A DNA stretch of 62,741 nt, filler included. It is 5 parts of 5 records of this genome, joined end to end, with 100 filler letters (N's around TTAATTAATTAA, not from the genome) between each part and the next. Parts side by side here need not be neighbours in the genome. Positions count along the whole stretch, not along the records: positions 39,925 to 56,244 come from DRR723986_4314; positions 56,345 to 62,741 come from DRR723986_4322; 3 more parts are not named here. One strand, written 5' to 3'. Positions 50,538-60,661 of this stretch are shown one piece after another. Both the position numbers and the translations under genes were made by a program. Position 1 is the first letter of the stretch; every line of letters starts with the position of its first letter. Below the pieces are notes generated by a model. That model was not told the DNA's origin. It saw nothing but the letters and a program-made list of their open reading frames with translations, and did not search any database.

Positions 50538-50567
50538 CTAGCCGAAGGCGGCCGGATCCGTCAATTC
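50538..50567. repeat. Imperfect direct-repeat copy of the GNAT gene 3' end (other copy 51238-51267)
   Basis: CTAGCCGAAGGCGGCCGGATCCGTCAATTC vs TTAGCCGAATGCGGCCGGATAGGTCAGCTC, 24/30 identical; minus-strand translations ELTDPAAFG* vs ELTYPAAFG*. Confidence 0.75.
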
Positions 50568-50635
50568 AGCGGTCGCCAACGCGCTGGACGGCCGCAAGCC
50601 CGACAGATAGGCTGCCGCCTTTTGGGGGGAAAGCC

Positions 50636-51241
50636 GTGACAAGGCATTGGCCGGTGTGGCTGGGATTGTTCGCCGGCCTTGCGGCGATCGGCGCCGGCAT
50701 GCTCGCAGGAGCGGACCTGCAGGTGCGTTGGCAACTCGCGACGCGTTACACGGCGCAGGTTTCATATCCCTTGTTCCTGTTGACGTTCGTGGCCTCCTCG
50801 CTCGTCCGGCTTTTCCCGAACGGGTGGACTCTGGCGCTGATGCGGAACCGGCGCTGGTGGGGCCTCTCCTTTGCGGCCTGCTTCTTCCTCCACCTTGTAG
50901 CGCTGCTTACCTACAATTGGCTGAGGGACCGGTTCCCTCCGGCAGGATTCCTTGACCGGGGCGTCTGGGCGTATGCGGTACTGCTGGCAATGGTATTGAC
51001 GTCGACGGATGCTGCGCGCCGCCGATTCGGGCGCTGGTGGAAGATCCTGCACAGCGTCGGAATGTGGGGCTTCTTCTTCATCTTCGTCCTTGCCTTCTAC
51101 GTGGACGCCCTGATGGCGCAGAAGGTGCCGGAATTCACGCCGCTGGCAGAGCCCTATACGCTGCCGGGCCTTGCAGCACTCGCGCTGAAATTGGCGGCCT
51201 GGGCCCAAGGCCTCCGGCAGCGGCGCAGGCCACCCCCTTAG
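50636..51241 (+). CDS. Ferric-reductase-like transmembrane protein (MsrQ-like fold, orphan)
   Basis: About 6 TM segments, RNRRWWGLSFA...H, LTS..AARR.FG..WK.LH..G; opposite strand to the surrounding operon. Confidence 0.7.
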   Translation: MTRHWPVWLGLFAGLAAIGAGMLAGADLQVRWQLATRYTAQVSYPLFLLTFVASSLVRLFPNGWTLALMRNRRWWGLSFAACFFLHLVALLTYNWLRDRFPPAGFLDRGVWAYAVLLAMVLTSTDAARRRFGRWWKILHSVGMWGFFFIFVLAFYVDALMAQKVPEFTPLAEPYTLPGLAALALKLAAWAQGLRQRRRPPP

Positions 51242-51726
51242 CCGAATGCGGCCGGATAGGTCAGCTCACCGGCTTCCGGCGCGCCGGGGTTGATGGCTTT
51301 CGCCATGAAGGCCGGGCCGGACCATGGCGCGGAGAAAGGGGCTGCGGCGGCGGCACTGAAGCCGAACTTCGGATAATAGTCCGGATGCCCCAGCACAAAG
51401 ACGATAGTCTCCGCCCGCGCCTCAAGTGGAATCAGCCCCATGCGGATAAGGCCCGAGCCGATGCCCTGCCCCTGCAGGCCGGGCTTCACGCTCATCGGGC
51501 CAAGGCCGATTGCTGACGAATTGCCATCGATCAGGATACGGAAAAATTCGATATGGCCGACGATTTCCTCGTTGCGGGTGGCGACAAGGGAGAGCAGGCT
51601 GTCACCATCAGCATGCAGGCGGCGGGTGATGACCGCCTCGTCCGGGCTGCCGAACGCCGCGTTGTTCAGCGCGGCGACGCCATCCATGTCTTCGGGCCGG
51701 GTGAGGCGCATCCAGGTGTCGGTCAT
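51238..51726 (-). CDS. GNAT N-acetyltransferase (YhbS-like)
   Basis: AF....[42 protein letters not shown] overlap with fmt. Confidence 0.88.
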   Translation of the reverse strand: MTDTWMRLTRPEDMDGVAALNNAAFGSPDEAVITRRLHADGDSLLSLVATRNEEIVGHIEFFRILIDGNSSAIGLGPMSVKPGLQGQGIGSGLIRMGLIPLEARAETIVFVLGHPDYYPKFGFSAAAAAPFSAPWSGPAFMAKAINPGAPEAGELTYPAAFG

Positions 51727-52676
51727 GACAGCATCGTGTCCGGAGGAATGGGCTGGCCATTCAGGAAGACATCCGAGTCGAGCGGCTTTCCGCCCGGTTT
51801 CTGCAAGCGCGTCAGGCGGACGGCGCTGCCGTCCCCGCAAGCGACCAGCAGATTGTCGTCCAGCACCATGCCCGCAGGCGCGGACGTTTCGCGGCCTGAA
51901 AGCCGGGAATTGAGCAGCTTCAGGCGCACCGGCGTCGCGCTGCCCGGCGGGGTCCAGTTGCACCAGGCGCCGGGAAACGGCGACAGGCCGCGGATATGAC
52001 AGTCCACCGCACGCGCCGGGCGGGTCCAGTCGACCTTCTGGTCTGACGGGCCGAGCTTGTGGGCATAAGTGATCCCCTCTTCCGGCTGCGGCCGGGGCGT
52101 CAGACTGCCATCGGCCAGGCCGGCCAGCGCATAAGGGGCAAGCGCTGCGGCGAGATCCATCAGCCGGTCATGCACGCTGCCAGCGGTATCGTCCGGACCG
52201 ATTGGCGTGCGACGGGAGGCCAGCACCGGACCGGTATCAAGCCCGGCATCCATCAGCATAGCATCGACGCCGGTTTCCGTATCGCCCGCCATGATGGCGC
52301 GCTGGATCGGCGCGGCGCCTCGCCAGCGCGGCAGAATGGAAGCGTGCATGTTGAGACAGCCAAGGCGCGGCGCATCGAGGATCGCCTGCGGCAGGATCAG
52401 GCCATAAGCAACGACCACAGCCGCATCGAGATCCAGCGCGGCAAAGGCCTCCTGCTCCGGCGCTTTCTTCAGGCTTTTCGGTGTGCGGACCTCCAGCCCC
52501 TGCGACTCGGCAAAGGCGTGGACGGCCGTTGGCGTCAGCTTCTTGCCACGGCCGGCCGGGCGCGGCGGCTGGGAATAGACGCAGGCAATCTCGTGCCCCG
52601 CTGCGATCAGCGCTTTCAGCACGCCGACGGCAATGTCCGGACTTCCCATGAAGGCGATGCGGAGTTCTTGGCTCAT
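51723..52676 (-). CDS. fmt: Methionyl-tRNA formyltransferase
   Basis: [47 protein letters not shown]. Confidence 0.96.
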   Translation of the reverse strand: MSQELRIAFMGSPDIAVGVLKALIAAGHEIACVYSQPPRPAGRGKKLTPTAVHAFAESQGLEVRTPKSLKKAPEQEAFAALDLDAAVVVAYGLILPQAILDAPRLGCLNMHASILPRWRGAAPIQRAIMAGDTETGVDAMLMDAGLDTGPVLASRRTPIGPDDTAGSVHDRLMDLAAALAPYALAGLADGSLTPRPQPEEGITYAHKLGPSDQKVDWTRPARAVDCHIRGLSPFPGAWCNWTPPGSATPVRLKLLNSRLSGRETSAPAGMVLDDNLLVACGDGSAVRLTRLQKPGGKPLDSDVFLNGQPIPPDTMLS

Positions 52677-52692
52677 GCGGGCGCCGCCGCGA

Positions 52693-53223
52693 TCAGGAAA
52701 CGTCTTCGCGGATCTTCCGCTTGGTTGCCTTCTTCACCTTGTCGATCGCGCGCTGGCGCTTGAGGCGGGACAGGTAGTCGATGAATAGCGTGCCTTCGAG
52801 ATGGTCCATCTCGTGCTGGATGCAGACCGCGTAGAGGTCCTCGGCCCATTCCTCGACCTGGAAGCCATCATAATCGAGATATCGGATGAGGCATTTTTCG
52901 GGACGCTCGACCTCATCAAAAATGTCCGGCACCGAGAGGCAGCCCTCTTCATAGGGCTGGGTCTCTTCCACGGTCTCGATGATTTCCGGGTTCACGAAAT
53001 AACGCGGCTGAGGCTCCTCGCCTTCTTTGGCTAGGTCCATCACGATAACGCGCAGCGGCACGCCAATCTGGATCGCCGCAAGGCCAATGCCCGGCGCGTC
53101 GTACATGGTTTCCAGCATGTCATCCATGAGCGCGCGGATTTCGTCGGTGACGCCGCCTTCAACGGGCTTTGACACCTCTTTCAGGCGCGGATCAGGGACA
53201 GTGAGAATTTCGCGAATAGCCAT
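52693..53223 (-). CDS. def: Peptide deformylase
   Basis: [20 protein letters not shown]. Confidence 0.97.
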   Translation of the reverse strand: MAIREILTVPDPRLKEVSKPVEGGVTDEIRALMDDMLETMYDAPGIGLAAIQIGVPLRVIVMDLAKEGEEPQPRYFVNPEIIETVEETQPYEEGCLSVPDIFDEVERPEKCLIRYLDYDGFQVEEWAEDLYAVCIQHEMDHLEGTLFIDYLSRLKRQRAIDKVKKATKRKIREDVS

Positions 53224-53268
53224 ATTTTTCAGATAGGCGCGCGCCCCCGCCCGGTCAACGGCCTGCCA

Positions 53269-54609
53269 TCATTCCGCTGCGGGCAGGCGTTTCGGGTCGC
53301 CGAGGTCCAACTGTCCGTTTTCCGGCGTATTTGCGCGGGATTCGATCGGTTTCGGCTCTGCCGGAGCCTTGTTCGGCGGGGCGATCTTCATATCCTCGAA
53401 CTTGCGCAATGTTGGCAACACGCGCTTGTCGAACGACCCCATCATGGAATTGAAGTGGTCGACCGAGCCGTTCAGCGATTTGCCGAGCTTCTCCACATGG
53501 CCCAGCATCACGCCCATCCTTGTGTAGAGATCTGCACCCAGTTGGGCGGCCTCCATGGCGTTTTCGTTCATCTGGTGCTGGCGCCAGAGGTGGGCCACCG
53601 TGCGCGCGAGCGCGATCAGCGTCGTTGGCGTGGTCACGATCACAGAGCGGCTCATCGCCTTCTCAATCAGGTCAGGGGAATGCTCCAGCGCGGCGGCGAA
53701 GAAATTCTCCCCCGGAATGAACATGGCGATGTAGTCGAACCGGCCGCCAAGGTTTGACTGATAGTCCTTGGACGCCAGCGTATTCACATGGCGCTGGACG
53801 CTTGACGCGTGGGCCTTCAGATGCGTGGCGCGCTCGGCCGGGTCCTCGGCATTTACCGCCTCCATGTAGGAGGCGAGCGAGACCTTGGAGTCGACCACGA
53901 TCTGCCGGTCGCCCGGCAAATGGATCACGGCGTCGGGCCGCTGGCGCCCCGCTTCGGTATCGTCGTGCACCTGCTCAGAGAAGTCACAATGCGCCGAGAG
54001 ACCCGCCTGCTCCATCACATTGCGGAGCGTCATCTCTCCCCAGCGCCCGCCACCTTTCGGGGCCGTCAGGGCACTGACCAACTTGCCGGTCTCGGTCGTG
54101 TTCAGCTTCAGGCTCTCATGGATCGCCTTCACCTGTTCCTGGATCGCGGACTTGTCTTCGGTGCGGACTTTCTCGATTTCGTCCACGCGCTTCTTGAAGG
54201 CGTCGAAATTCTCGCCGATGGGCTTGATCAGCTCCTTCAGCTGGCCCTGCGCGCCTTCCTTGTGCTTCTCGAACGTCTCGTTCGCGAGCTGCAGGAACTG
54301 GGCATTGGCCTGCCGAAGCACGCCCTGCGCCATGTCGGCGAACTTCTTCTCGTCCTCGGCGCTGCGGGCCCTAGCCTCGGCCAGCGCAATCTCGGCTTCG
54401 CGGGCGACCGATTCCAGCGTCTGCGCGCGCTGCAGGGCGGCTTCGCGCTCATCGGTGGCGCGCTCCAGCTCCAGCGTCAGCCGTTCGGCCTTCTGCTGCG
54501 CCGTGCTGAGCTGCATCCACGCGATAACGCCTGCCCCGAGGGCGAGGAAGAAGAGGATCAGATGGGCAAGGTCAAAACTCTGCCCGGCAATGGTGACGAT
54601 CGGTTCCAT
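53269..54609 (-). CDS. rmuC: DNA recombination protein RmuC
   Basis: N-terminal TM, coiled coil, G.WGE..L, RPD.VI.LP, VDSKV, MFIPGE, TPTTL. Confidence 0.92.
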   Translation of the reverse strand: MEPIVTIAGQSFDLAHLILFFLALGAGVIAWMQLSTAQQKAERLTLELERATDEREAALQRAQTLESVAREAEIALAEARARSAEDEKKFADMAQGVLRQANAQFLQLANETFEKHKEGAQGQLKELIKPIGENFDAFKKRVDEIEKVRTEDKSAIQEQVKAIHESLKLNTTETGKLVSALTAPKGGGRWGEMTLRNVMEQAGLSAHCDFSEQVHDDTEAGRQRPDAVIHLPGDRQIVVDSKVSLASYMEAVNAEDPAERATHLKAHASSVQRHVNTLASKDYQSNLGGRFDYIAMFIPGENFFAAALEHSPDLIEKAMSRSVIVTTPTTLIALARTVAHLWRQHQMNENAMEAAQLGADLYTRMGVMLGHVEKLGKSLNGSVDHFNSMMGSFDKRVLPTLRKFEDMKIAPPNKAPAEPKPIESRANTPENGQLDLGDPKRLPAAE

Positions 54610-54635
54610 TCAGCCTCTCTGGCATGATTCCGGAG

Positions 54636-54650
54636 GAACATATACGGAAC
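54636..54650 (-). promoter_or_regulatory. Alphaproteobacterial LexA (SOS) box upstream of rmuC
   Basis: GAAC-ATATACG-GAAC (GTTC-N7-GTTC on the minus strand), 27-41 nt upstream of the rmuC ATG. Confidence 0.75.
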
Positions 54651-54665
54651 GAATGTAGCTGTCGA

Positions 54666-54989
54666 CTAAAAGGGCAGTTTGAAGCCCGGCATCATGCCGC
54701 CAAAGCCTGCAGTGGCCTCTTTCATGGCGGCTTCCATCGCCTCGTCGAGGCGGCGGCGGGCGTCGGCATGAGCGGCCTTTATCAGGTCTTCAAGGATTTC
54801 AGGCTCGTCGCCCATCAGGCTCGGATCGATGCTGAGGGAGACGAGCTCCCCCTTGCCGCGCAGGCGCACTTTCACGAGGCCTGCCCCGGCCACGCCGTCA
54901 GCTTCGGTCGACTCGATCTTGGCCTGCACTTCCTGCATCTTGCCCTGCATCTGCTGGGCTTGCTGCATGATCTTGGCGAGGTCTTTCAT
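54666..54989 (-). CDS. ybaB: YbaB/EbfC nucleoid-associated protein
   Basis: QAQQMQ, GAGLVKV, IDPSL, LEDLI.AA..DA; follows dnaX. Confidence 0.92.
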   Translation of the reverse strand: MKDLAKIMQQAQQMQGKMQEVQAKIESTEADGVAGAGLVKVRLRGKGELVSLSIDPSLMGDEPEILEDLIKAAHADARRRLDEAMEAAMKEATAGFGGMMPGFKLPF

Positions 54990-55000
54990 TGTCGGGTCCT

Positions 55001-56244
55001 TCAGGCTTGGCGGCGTGAGTTCAGGTCTATGACGTTTTCGGCGTCGGCGGGGATGTCAGGGCTTGCACGGTCCTCGTCGACAACATCCACAATGGTGGCG
55101 CCCGGCAGGCTGTTCAAGGCCGCCGCAATGATCGGATGTGCTGCCGCCGCCGCGAAGCGTTCTTCCTTGGTGCGGATCTCGGCGGCGCGCACGGTCTCTG
55201 CCCCGCCGCGGATCTGTTCCACCACCCAGTCATCGCCCGTCTGGCGCTCCAGGAAGCTTTTCAGCCGTGCCAGTACGTCGGGCGGTGCGGCGGCTTCCAG
55301 CTCGCAGGTGAAGTGGCCGTAAGTGATCGGGCCGGGCTTGATATAACGCTCCATCTCGACCTGGAGATTGATCTCCCTGAGGGCGGTCAGGTGCGCGAGG
55401 ATGCTGTCAAAGTTGTCCAGCCCGCCGGCATCGGGCGGGGCCTCAGCCTGTGCATCAGGCTTTCCCGGCGAAGCTTTGCCCTCCGCGATCATGCGGGCGG
55501 CTTCTTCCGGGGACGGAAGACCGGCGGAGGCGACAAGGCGCAGGATCACCATGTTGAGGGCGGTCGCCGGATCTGGCGCGACCTGCAGCACATTGTAGCC
55601 GGAGAGCAGGATCTGCCAGGTGCGGGAGGCTTCGGCCGGCGTCAGGCGCTGGGCCATGGCGCGGGTGCGCTCCACCCAGTCGGCCGGGCCGCCAGGCTGG
55701 TAGTCGTCGCCCGTTGCCTGCGCGATGGAAATGTCGGCAGCGATTTCGAGCAGGTCTTTCAGGATGATCGCCGGGTCTGCCCCGCCGCGCACTTGGTCCT
55801 GCACTTCTTCCAGTGCCGCTTTCGCTTCACCGGCGATGGCTTTCTCGAAGGCATCCATCAGGCGGCCCCGGTCGCCGAGCCCAAGCATGTCACGGACGGC
55901 GGCGCCGGTAACAGCCTCCCCGTCCATCGTCTGCACAATGGCCTGATCGAGAATGGACAGCCCGTCCCGGACCGAGCCTTCGGCGGCCCGCGCGATCAGG
56001 GCGAGGCCCTCTTCGGAAACGGTTGCGCCCTCGTTCTTTGCGATACGCCCCAGATGCATTGCCAGCGCCGCCGGCTCCAGCCGTTTCAGGTCAAACCGCT
56101 GGCAACGGGAGAGGACCGTGACGGGCACTTTGCGGATCTCGGTGGTCGCGAAGATGAACTTCACATGCGGCGGCGGCTCTTCCAGCGTCTTCAACAGCGC
56201 GTTGAAGCTGGCGTTCGACAGCATGTGCACTTCGTCGATGATGT
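55001..56244 (-). CDS. dnaX: DNA polymerase III gamma/tau subunit, 5'-truncated
   Basis: IIDEVHMLS..FNALLKTLEEPP.HVKFIFATTE, SRCQRF, AEGSVRD. Confidence 0.96.
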
Positions 56245-56344
56245 NNNNNNNNNNNNNNNNNNNNNNNNNNNNNNNNNNNNNNNNNNNNTTAATTAATTAA
56301 NNNNNNNNNNNNNNNNNNNNNNNNNNNNNNNNNNNNNNNNNNNN
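56245..56344. other. Artificial contig linker
   Basis: N-run + TTAATTAATTAA + N-run. Confidence 0.98.
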
Positions 56345-57781
56345 GGCATTATCGTCTACCAGGAACAGGTGATGCAGATTGCCCAGGTTATGGCGGGCTA
56401 CAGCCTGGGCGGCGCAGATCTGTTGCGCCGCGCCATGGGTAAAAAGATTGCCGAAGAAATGGCAAAAGAGCGCCCCAAGTTTATCGATGGGGCCAAGGCC
56501 ACCCACGGGGTGGATGCCAAGAAGGCGGGCGAGGTGTTCGACCTGCTGGAAAAATTCGCCAATTACGGCTTTAACAAATCGCACGCCGCGGCCTATGCGG
56601 TGGTCAGCTATCAAACGGGCTGGCTAAAGGCCAACCACCCGGTTGAATTTATGGCCGGGGTGATGAATTGCGATATACACCTGACCGACAAGCTGGCGAT
56701 CTATGCCGAAGAGGTGCGCCGCGGCATGGAAATCACCATTGTGCCGCCTTGCATAAACCGCTCGGCTGCCACGTTTGACGTGCAAGAGGGCTGTTTGGTG
56801 TATGCCTTGGGCGCTCTGAAAAACGTGGGCCTAGAGGCGATGCGCCTGGTTGTGGCGGCACGCGGTGATAAACCCTTTGCCACGCTGTTTGATTTTGCCC
56901 GCCGGGTCGATCTGAAAAAGGTTGGCAAACGGCCATTGGAAATGCTGGCGCGCTCGGGCGCGTTTGACCTGCTCGATGGCAACCGCCGCCGGGTGTTTGA
57001 CAGTCTGGATGCGCTGGTGGCCTATTCGGCGGCGATCCACGAACAAAAAGCCTCGAACCAGGTGTCGCTGTTTGGCGAGGCGGGCGACGACCTGCCCGAG
57101 CCGCGGCTTTCGCCGGTGGATGATTGGATGCCCGTTGACCGGCTGGCAGAAGAACACAAAGCCATTGGTTTTTATCTGTCGGGCCATCCGCTGGATGATT
57201 ATCTGCCCGCGCTAAAGCGCAAAAACATCCTGACGCTTGAGGAAATTCAGGCCAAAGCCCAGCGTGACGGTGCCGCCATCGCCAAGGTGGGTGTGCTGGT
57301 TTCTGGCCTGCAAGAGCGTAAATCAGGCCGCGGCACCCGGTTTTTCCGCATGAACATATCCGACCCAACAGGCCAGGTGGCGGGCATGGTGATGTTTGCC
57401 GATGATTTCGAGGCCACGCGCCGGGTGTTTGAGCAAACCAACCAGGTGGTGATGACCCTAGAGGCGCGCTTTAACGAGGGCCAGTTCGATCCCATGGGCC
57501 GCTCGGTGGCGCCCATGGATGGGGTGGTGGCCGATGCAGGCAGCGCGGGGCTGAAGATTTTTGTCGATGATCCAAAGGCCATCGCCTCGGTTGCCAGCGT
57601 GTTGGAACAGGCCGCCGCCACCGTGCGCAACGCGGGCCGCGGGCCGATACAGTTTTGCCTGATCAACCCGGATCTGCCCGGCGAGGTAGAAATAGATGCG
57701 GGCTGCGAATTTCCCGTGAACCCGCAAATCAAGGGCGCTATCCGCTCGCTGGGCGGGGTGCTTGAGGTGCAAGAAGTTTAG
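56345..57781 (+). CDS. dnaE: DNA polymerase III alpha subunit, 5'-truncated
   Basis: GIIVYQEQVMQIAQ, ADLLRRAMGKK, YGFNKSHAAAY, GFYLSGHPL. Confidence 0.96.
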   Translation, partial: GIIVYQEQVMQIAQVMAGYSLGGADLLRRAMGKKIAEEMAKERPKFIDGAKATHGVDAKKAGEVFDLLEKFANYGFNKSHAAAYAVVSYQTGWLKANHPVEFMAGVMNCDIHLTDKLAIYAEEVRRGMEITIVPPCINRSAATFDVQEGCLVYALGALKNVGLEAMRLVVAARGDKPFATLFDFARRVDLKKVGKRPLEMLARSGAFDLLDGNRRRVFDSLDALVAYSAAIHEQKASNQVSLFGEAGDDLPEPRLSPVDDWMPVDRLAEEHKAIGFYLSGHPLDDYLPALKRKNILTLEEIQAKAQRDGAAIAKVGVLVSGLQERKSGRGTRFFRMNISDPTGQVAGMVMFADDFEATRRVFEQTNQVVMTLEARFNEGQFDPMGRSVAPMDGVVADAGSAGLKIFVDDPKAIASVASVLEQAAATVRNAGRGPIQFCLINPDLPGEVEIDAGCEFPVNPQIKGAIRSLGGVLEVQEV

Positions 57782-57972
57782 TAATGCGGCGGGCGTTCGT
57801 CGCCAAACACATGCCCACCCCCGCCATCGGCCTCGCGCGCAGCCTCGCGTTCCAGCAGCAGCGCCACCCGCCGTTCAAGCATATCGATACGGCTGGCTTG
57901 GGCTGCAACCACATCGGATAAATCATCGCTGACGCGCAGCAGATGGGCAATTTTTTCTTCAAGATGCTGCAT
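57778..57972 (-). CDS. slyX: SlyX family protein
   Basis: LEEKIAHL....DDLSDVVA.Q...I..L coiled coil, C-terminal DERPPHY; AAGGA RBS. Confidence 0.85.
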   Translation of the reverse strand: MQHLEEKIAHLLRVSDDLSDVVAAQASRIDMLERRVALLLEREAAREADGGGGHVFGDERPPHY

Positions 57973-58090
57973 GTGCCGGTCCTTTTGGTCAGGTGGGGCG
58001 GTTCTATCATGGGCTGCGGTTTTTGCGCCAGCCCCCCTTTTCGCGGGCGCAGCGGCGTGCCACTTTGGGGGCAGAAAAATGAGGGCGGTC

Positions 58091-59173
58091 ATGTTTGATT
58101 TTGTCATTATCGGTGGCGGTATTGCCGGGGCCAGCGCGGCTGCGCGGCTGGCGCCTTTGGGGCGTGTTCTGCTGCTTGAGGCAGAAGCGCAGCTGGCCTA
58201 TCACGCCTCGGGGCGTTCGGCTGCGATGTTTTTGGAAAGCTACGGCAACGCCACAGTGCGCCGCCTGAACGAGGCCAGCGCGCCCTATCTGGCCACGGCC
58301 CATGGCGGTGTGCTGGCGCCGCGCCCCTTGATGTTGCTGGGCGCCGCTGGGCAAGAGGCGGGCTTTCACGCCCAGGCCTTGGATATGGGGCTGGCGCAGA
58401 TCCCCCTGGCCGAGGCCGCGCGCCTGTGGCCGCTGCTGAACACCGCCCATGCCACCCATGCCGCGCTGCGCACAGATACCAGCGATGTGGATACAGATCT
58501 GTTATTGCAAAACTTTCTGCGCGATGCCCGGGCGCATGGCGCGGTGTTTGAAACCGGCGCACGCGTGGGCGCCATTGCCCGCGTGCAGGGGGGCTGGCAG
58601 CTGGAAATCGCCGGCCAAAAGGCCCCGCAAACCGCGCGTATGTTGGTGAATGCGGCCGGGGCCTGGGCCGATGGCGTGGCTGAAATGGCGGGGGTTGCGC
58701 CCTTGGGTATTCAGCCCTACCGCCGCTCGATGGCGCGCATTGCCTTGGCGCCCGGCACCGATACGCGGGCCTGGCCCTTTGTCGATGGGGTGGGCGATAA
58801 CTGGTATGCCAAGCCCGATGCCGGCGCGCTGCTGGTCTCGCCCGGCGAGGAGGATCCGATGCCGCCCCATGATGCCTGGGCCGATGATTTGGTGCTGGCC
58901 GAGGGGCTGGCCCGCTATCAGCCGTTTTCCACCCAGCCCGTTACCCGCCCGATCGCCAATTGGGCGGGCCTGCGCAGCTTTGCCCCTGATCGCGCCTTGG
59001 TGATTGGGCCTGATCCTGCCTGCCCCGATTTTCTGTGGTTTGCAGGGCAGGGCGGCTATGGGTTTCAAACCGCGGCGGCCGCCAGCCAATTGCTGGGTGA
59101 TCTGGTGGCCGGGCGGGCGCCTGAATTAGATGCCGCCACCGTTGCCGCCCTGTCGCCCGCGCGTTTTGGATAA
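58091..59173 (+). CDS. FAD-dependent oxidoreductase (DAO/glycine oxidase family)
   Basis: IIGGGIAGAS, YHASGRSAA, VNAAGAWAD, WAGLRSF.PD, AGQGGYGFQT. Confidence 0.88.
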   Translation: MFDFVIIGGGIAGASAAARLAPLGRVLLLEAEAQLAYHASGRSAAMFLESYGNATVRRLNEASAPYLATAHGGVLAPRPLMLLGAAGQEAGFHAQALDMGLAQIPLAEAARLWPLLNTAHATHAALRTDTSDVDTDLLLQNFLRDARAHGAVFETGARVGAIARVQGGWQLEIAGQKAPQTARMLVNAAGAWADGVAEMAGVAPLGIQPYRRSMARIALAPGTDTRAWPFVDGVGDNWYAKPDAGALLVSPGEEDPMPPHDAWADDLVLAEGLARYQPFSTQPVTRPIANWAGLRSFAPDRALVIGPDPACPDFLWFAGQGGYGFQTAAAASQLLGDLVAGRAPELDAATVAALSPARFG

Positions 59174-59191
59174 GTTGAAAAAGGATCTGCC

Positions 59192-59848
59192 ATGCCCCGC
59201 CGCTTGACCCTGCCCGATAGCGCCTCGGTTGCTGTGCCAGATGCCGCGGGGCGGCTGTTTGCGCCTTCGGCTGCGCGCAACCTAGGCGCCATTTGCGATT
59301 TGGTGGCCCATCATGCCCCGGCGCAGGGCAATGCGCTGGAACTGGCCTCGGGCACAGGGCAGCATGTGGTGGCTTTCGCCCAACGCCTGCCGGGGCTGTG
59401 CTGGCAACCCAGCGATATCGATCCCGCGCGGCGCGCCTCGGTAGATGCCTATGCTGCCACAGCGGGGTTGGGCAACCTGCGCCCCGCCATGGCGCTGGAT
59501 GCCACGGCACCAGGCTGGGGCGCGCAGGTGGCGGGCCAAGATCTGGTGGTTTTGGTAAACCTCTTGCATCTGGTCAGCACCCCCGAGGCAAAGGTGCTGA
59601 TCTCTGAAACCGCCACCGCCCTGGCGCCGGAGGGGCGGTTTGTGCTTTATGGCCCTTTCCTGCGCGACGGTGAAACCACATCTGACGGCGATGCCAGCTT
59701 TCACGCCAGCCTGCAGGCCCAAGACCCTGAGATTGGCTATAAAGACGATTGGGATGTCATCGATTGGCTGCAGGGTGCCTGGCTAGAGCTGGTTGAAGTT
59801 ATTGAAATGCCAGCGAATAACCTGGCATTCGTGGTGCGCAAACCGTAA
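59192..59848 (+). CDS. DUF938-family SAM-dependent methyltransferase
   Basis: APSAARN, LELASGTGQH, WQPSD, YGPF, MPANN. Confidence 0.85.
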   Translation: MPRRLTLPDSASVAVPDAAGRLFAPSAARNLGAICDLVAHHAPAQGNALELASGTGQHVVAFAQRLPGLCWQPSDIDPARRASVDAYAATAGLGNLRPAMALDATAPGWGAQVAGQDLVVLVNLLHLVSTPEAKVLISETATALAPEGRFVLYGPFLRDGETTSDGDASFHASLQAQDPEIGYKDDWDVIDWLQGAWLELVEVIEMPANNLAFVVRKP

Positions 59849-59940
59849 CGCGCGGCAGGCGCTAAACCTGATCAAGATCAAAGCCGCGGATGGGCGGTTG
59901 TGGTTTCTACGCCTTGATACACATTCAAGGAGTGGCACAT

Positions 59941-60282
59941 ATGGCCTGGTCTGACACATTAAACGATACCCGCAACCGCCTGCGCAGCCTGTATAAAACC
60001 ATTCCCGACGTAACCCGCGGCTTTGGCGCCATGTCAAAAGCGGTGAAAGAGGGGGGCGTGCTGGATTTCAAAACCAAGGAATTCATCGCGCTTGGCATTG
60101 CGGTGGCAATCCGCTGCGAGGCCTGCATTGCCCTGCATGTCGAGGCATTGGTAAAGGCCGGCGCCACCCGCGACGAGCTGGCCGATGTGTTGGGCATGAC
60201 GGTGCAAATGGGGGGCGGGCCCGCCACGATGTATGCCGGCAAGGCGCTGGAATGCTATGACGAGCTGACCACCGCCGCCTAA
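59941..60282 (+). CDS. Carboxymuconolactone decarboxylase/AhpD-like protein
   Basis: LD.KTKE.IALGIAVAIRCEACIALH (CxxC), GATRDE, MGGGP; AAGGAG RBS. Confidence 0.88.
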   Translation: MAWSDTLNDTRNRLRSLYKTIPDVTRGFGAMSKAVKEGGVLDFKTKEFIALGIAVAIRCEACIALHVEALVKAGATRDELADVLGMTVQMGGGPATMYAGKALECYDELTTAA

Positions 60283-60416
60283 ATTCGTGGCACTCGGTTG
60301 CCGCCGTGCAGCCGGCCTTAAGCAATTCTTTGCCATATGCTGCGCCTGCGGCGTGACAGGGGGCAAAAACTGTGCTGCACTTGTAACAGGCACATGACAA
60401 CGAGAGGAGGATGCCA

Positions 60417-60587
60417 ATGAGCTTGGGTTCGCATATCGAGGAACTGAAGAAGAAACACCAAAACCTCTCTGCCAAGGTCGAGGCGGCGCTGCGATCCCCC
60501 GGAACGCCCAACGCCGAGATTGCGGAAATGAAAAAGCAAAAGCTGAAGCTGAAAGACGAGATCGAACGCCTTTCGATGGGCGGCTAA
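60417..60587 (+). CDS. YdcH/DUF465 family small coiled-coil protein (56 aa; absent from the ORF track)
   Basis: MSLGSHIEELKKKHQNLSAKVEAALRSP...MKKQKLKLKDEIERL; GAGGAGG RBS 6 nt upstream. Confidence 0.85.
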   Translation: MSLGSHIEELKKKHQNLSAKVEAALRSPGTPNAEIAEMKKQKLKLKDEIERLSMGG

Positions 60588-60624
60588 ACGCCGCTGCGCC
60601 ACAGGTTTCTGGCCAAGCGATCTG

Positions 60625-60645
60625 GGCGGCGCGGTTCGCGCCGCC
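60625..60645. terminator. GC-rich hairpin between convergent genes
   Basis: GGCGGCGCG-GTT-CGCGCCGCC perfect 9-bp stem; no strong U-tract. Confidence 0.4.
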
Positions 60646-60661
60646 AACATAAGGCTCTTGT

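Noticed and set aside
33904-51241. msrA paired with the MsrQ-like membrane gene as a methionine-repair system
   Set aside because: They are separated by a linker and differ in codon style; MsrQ partners MsrP, not MsrA
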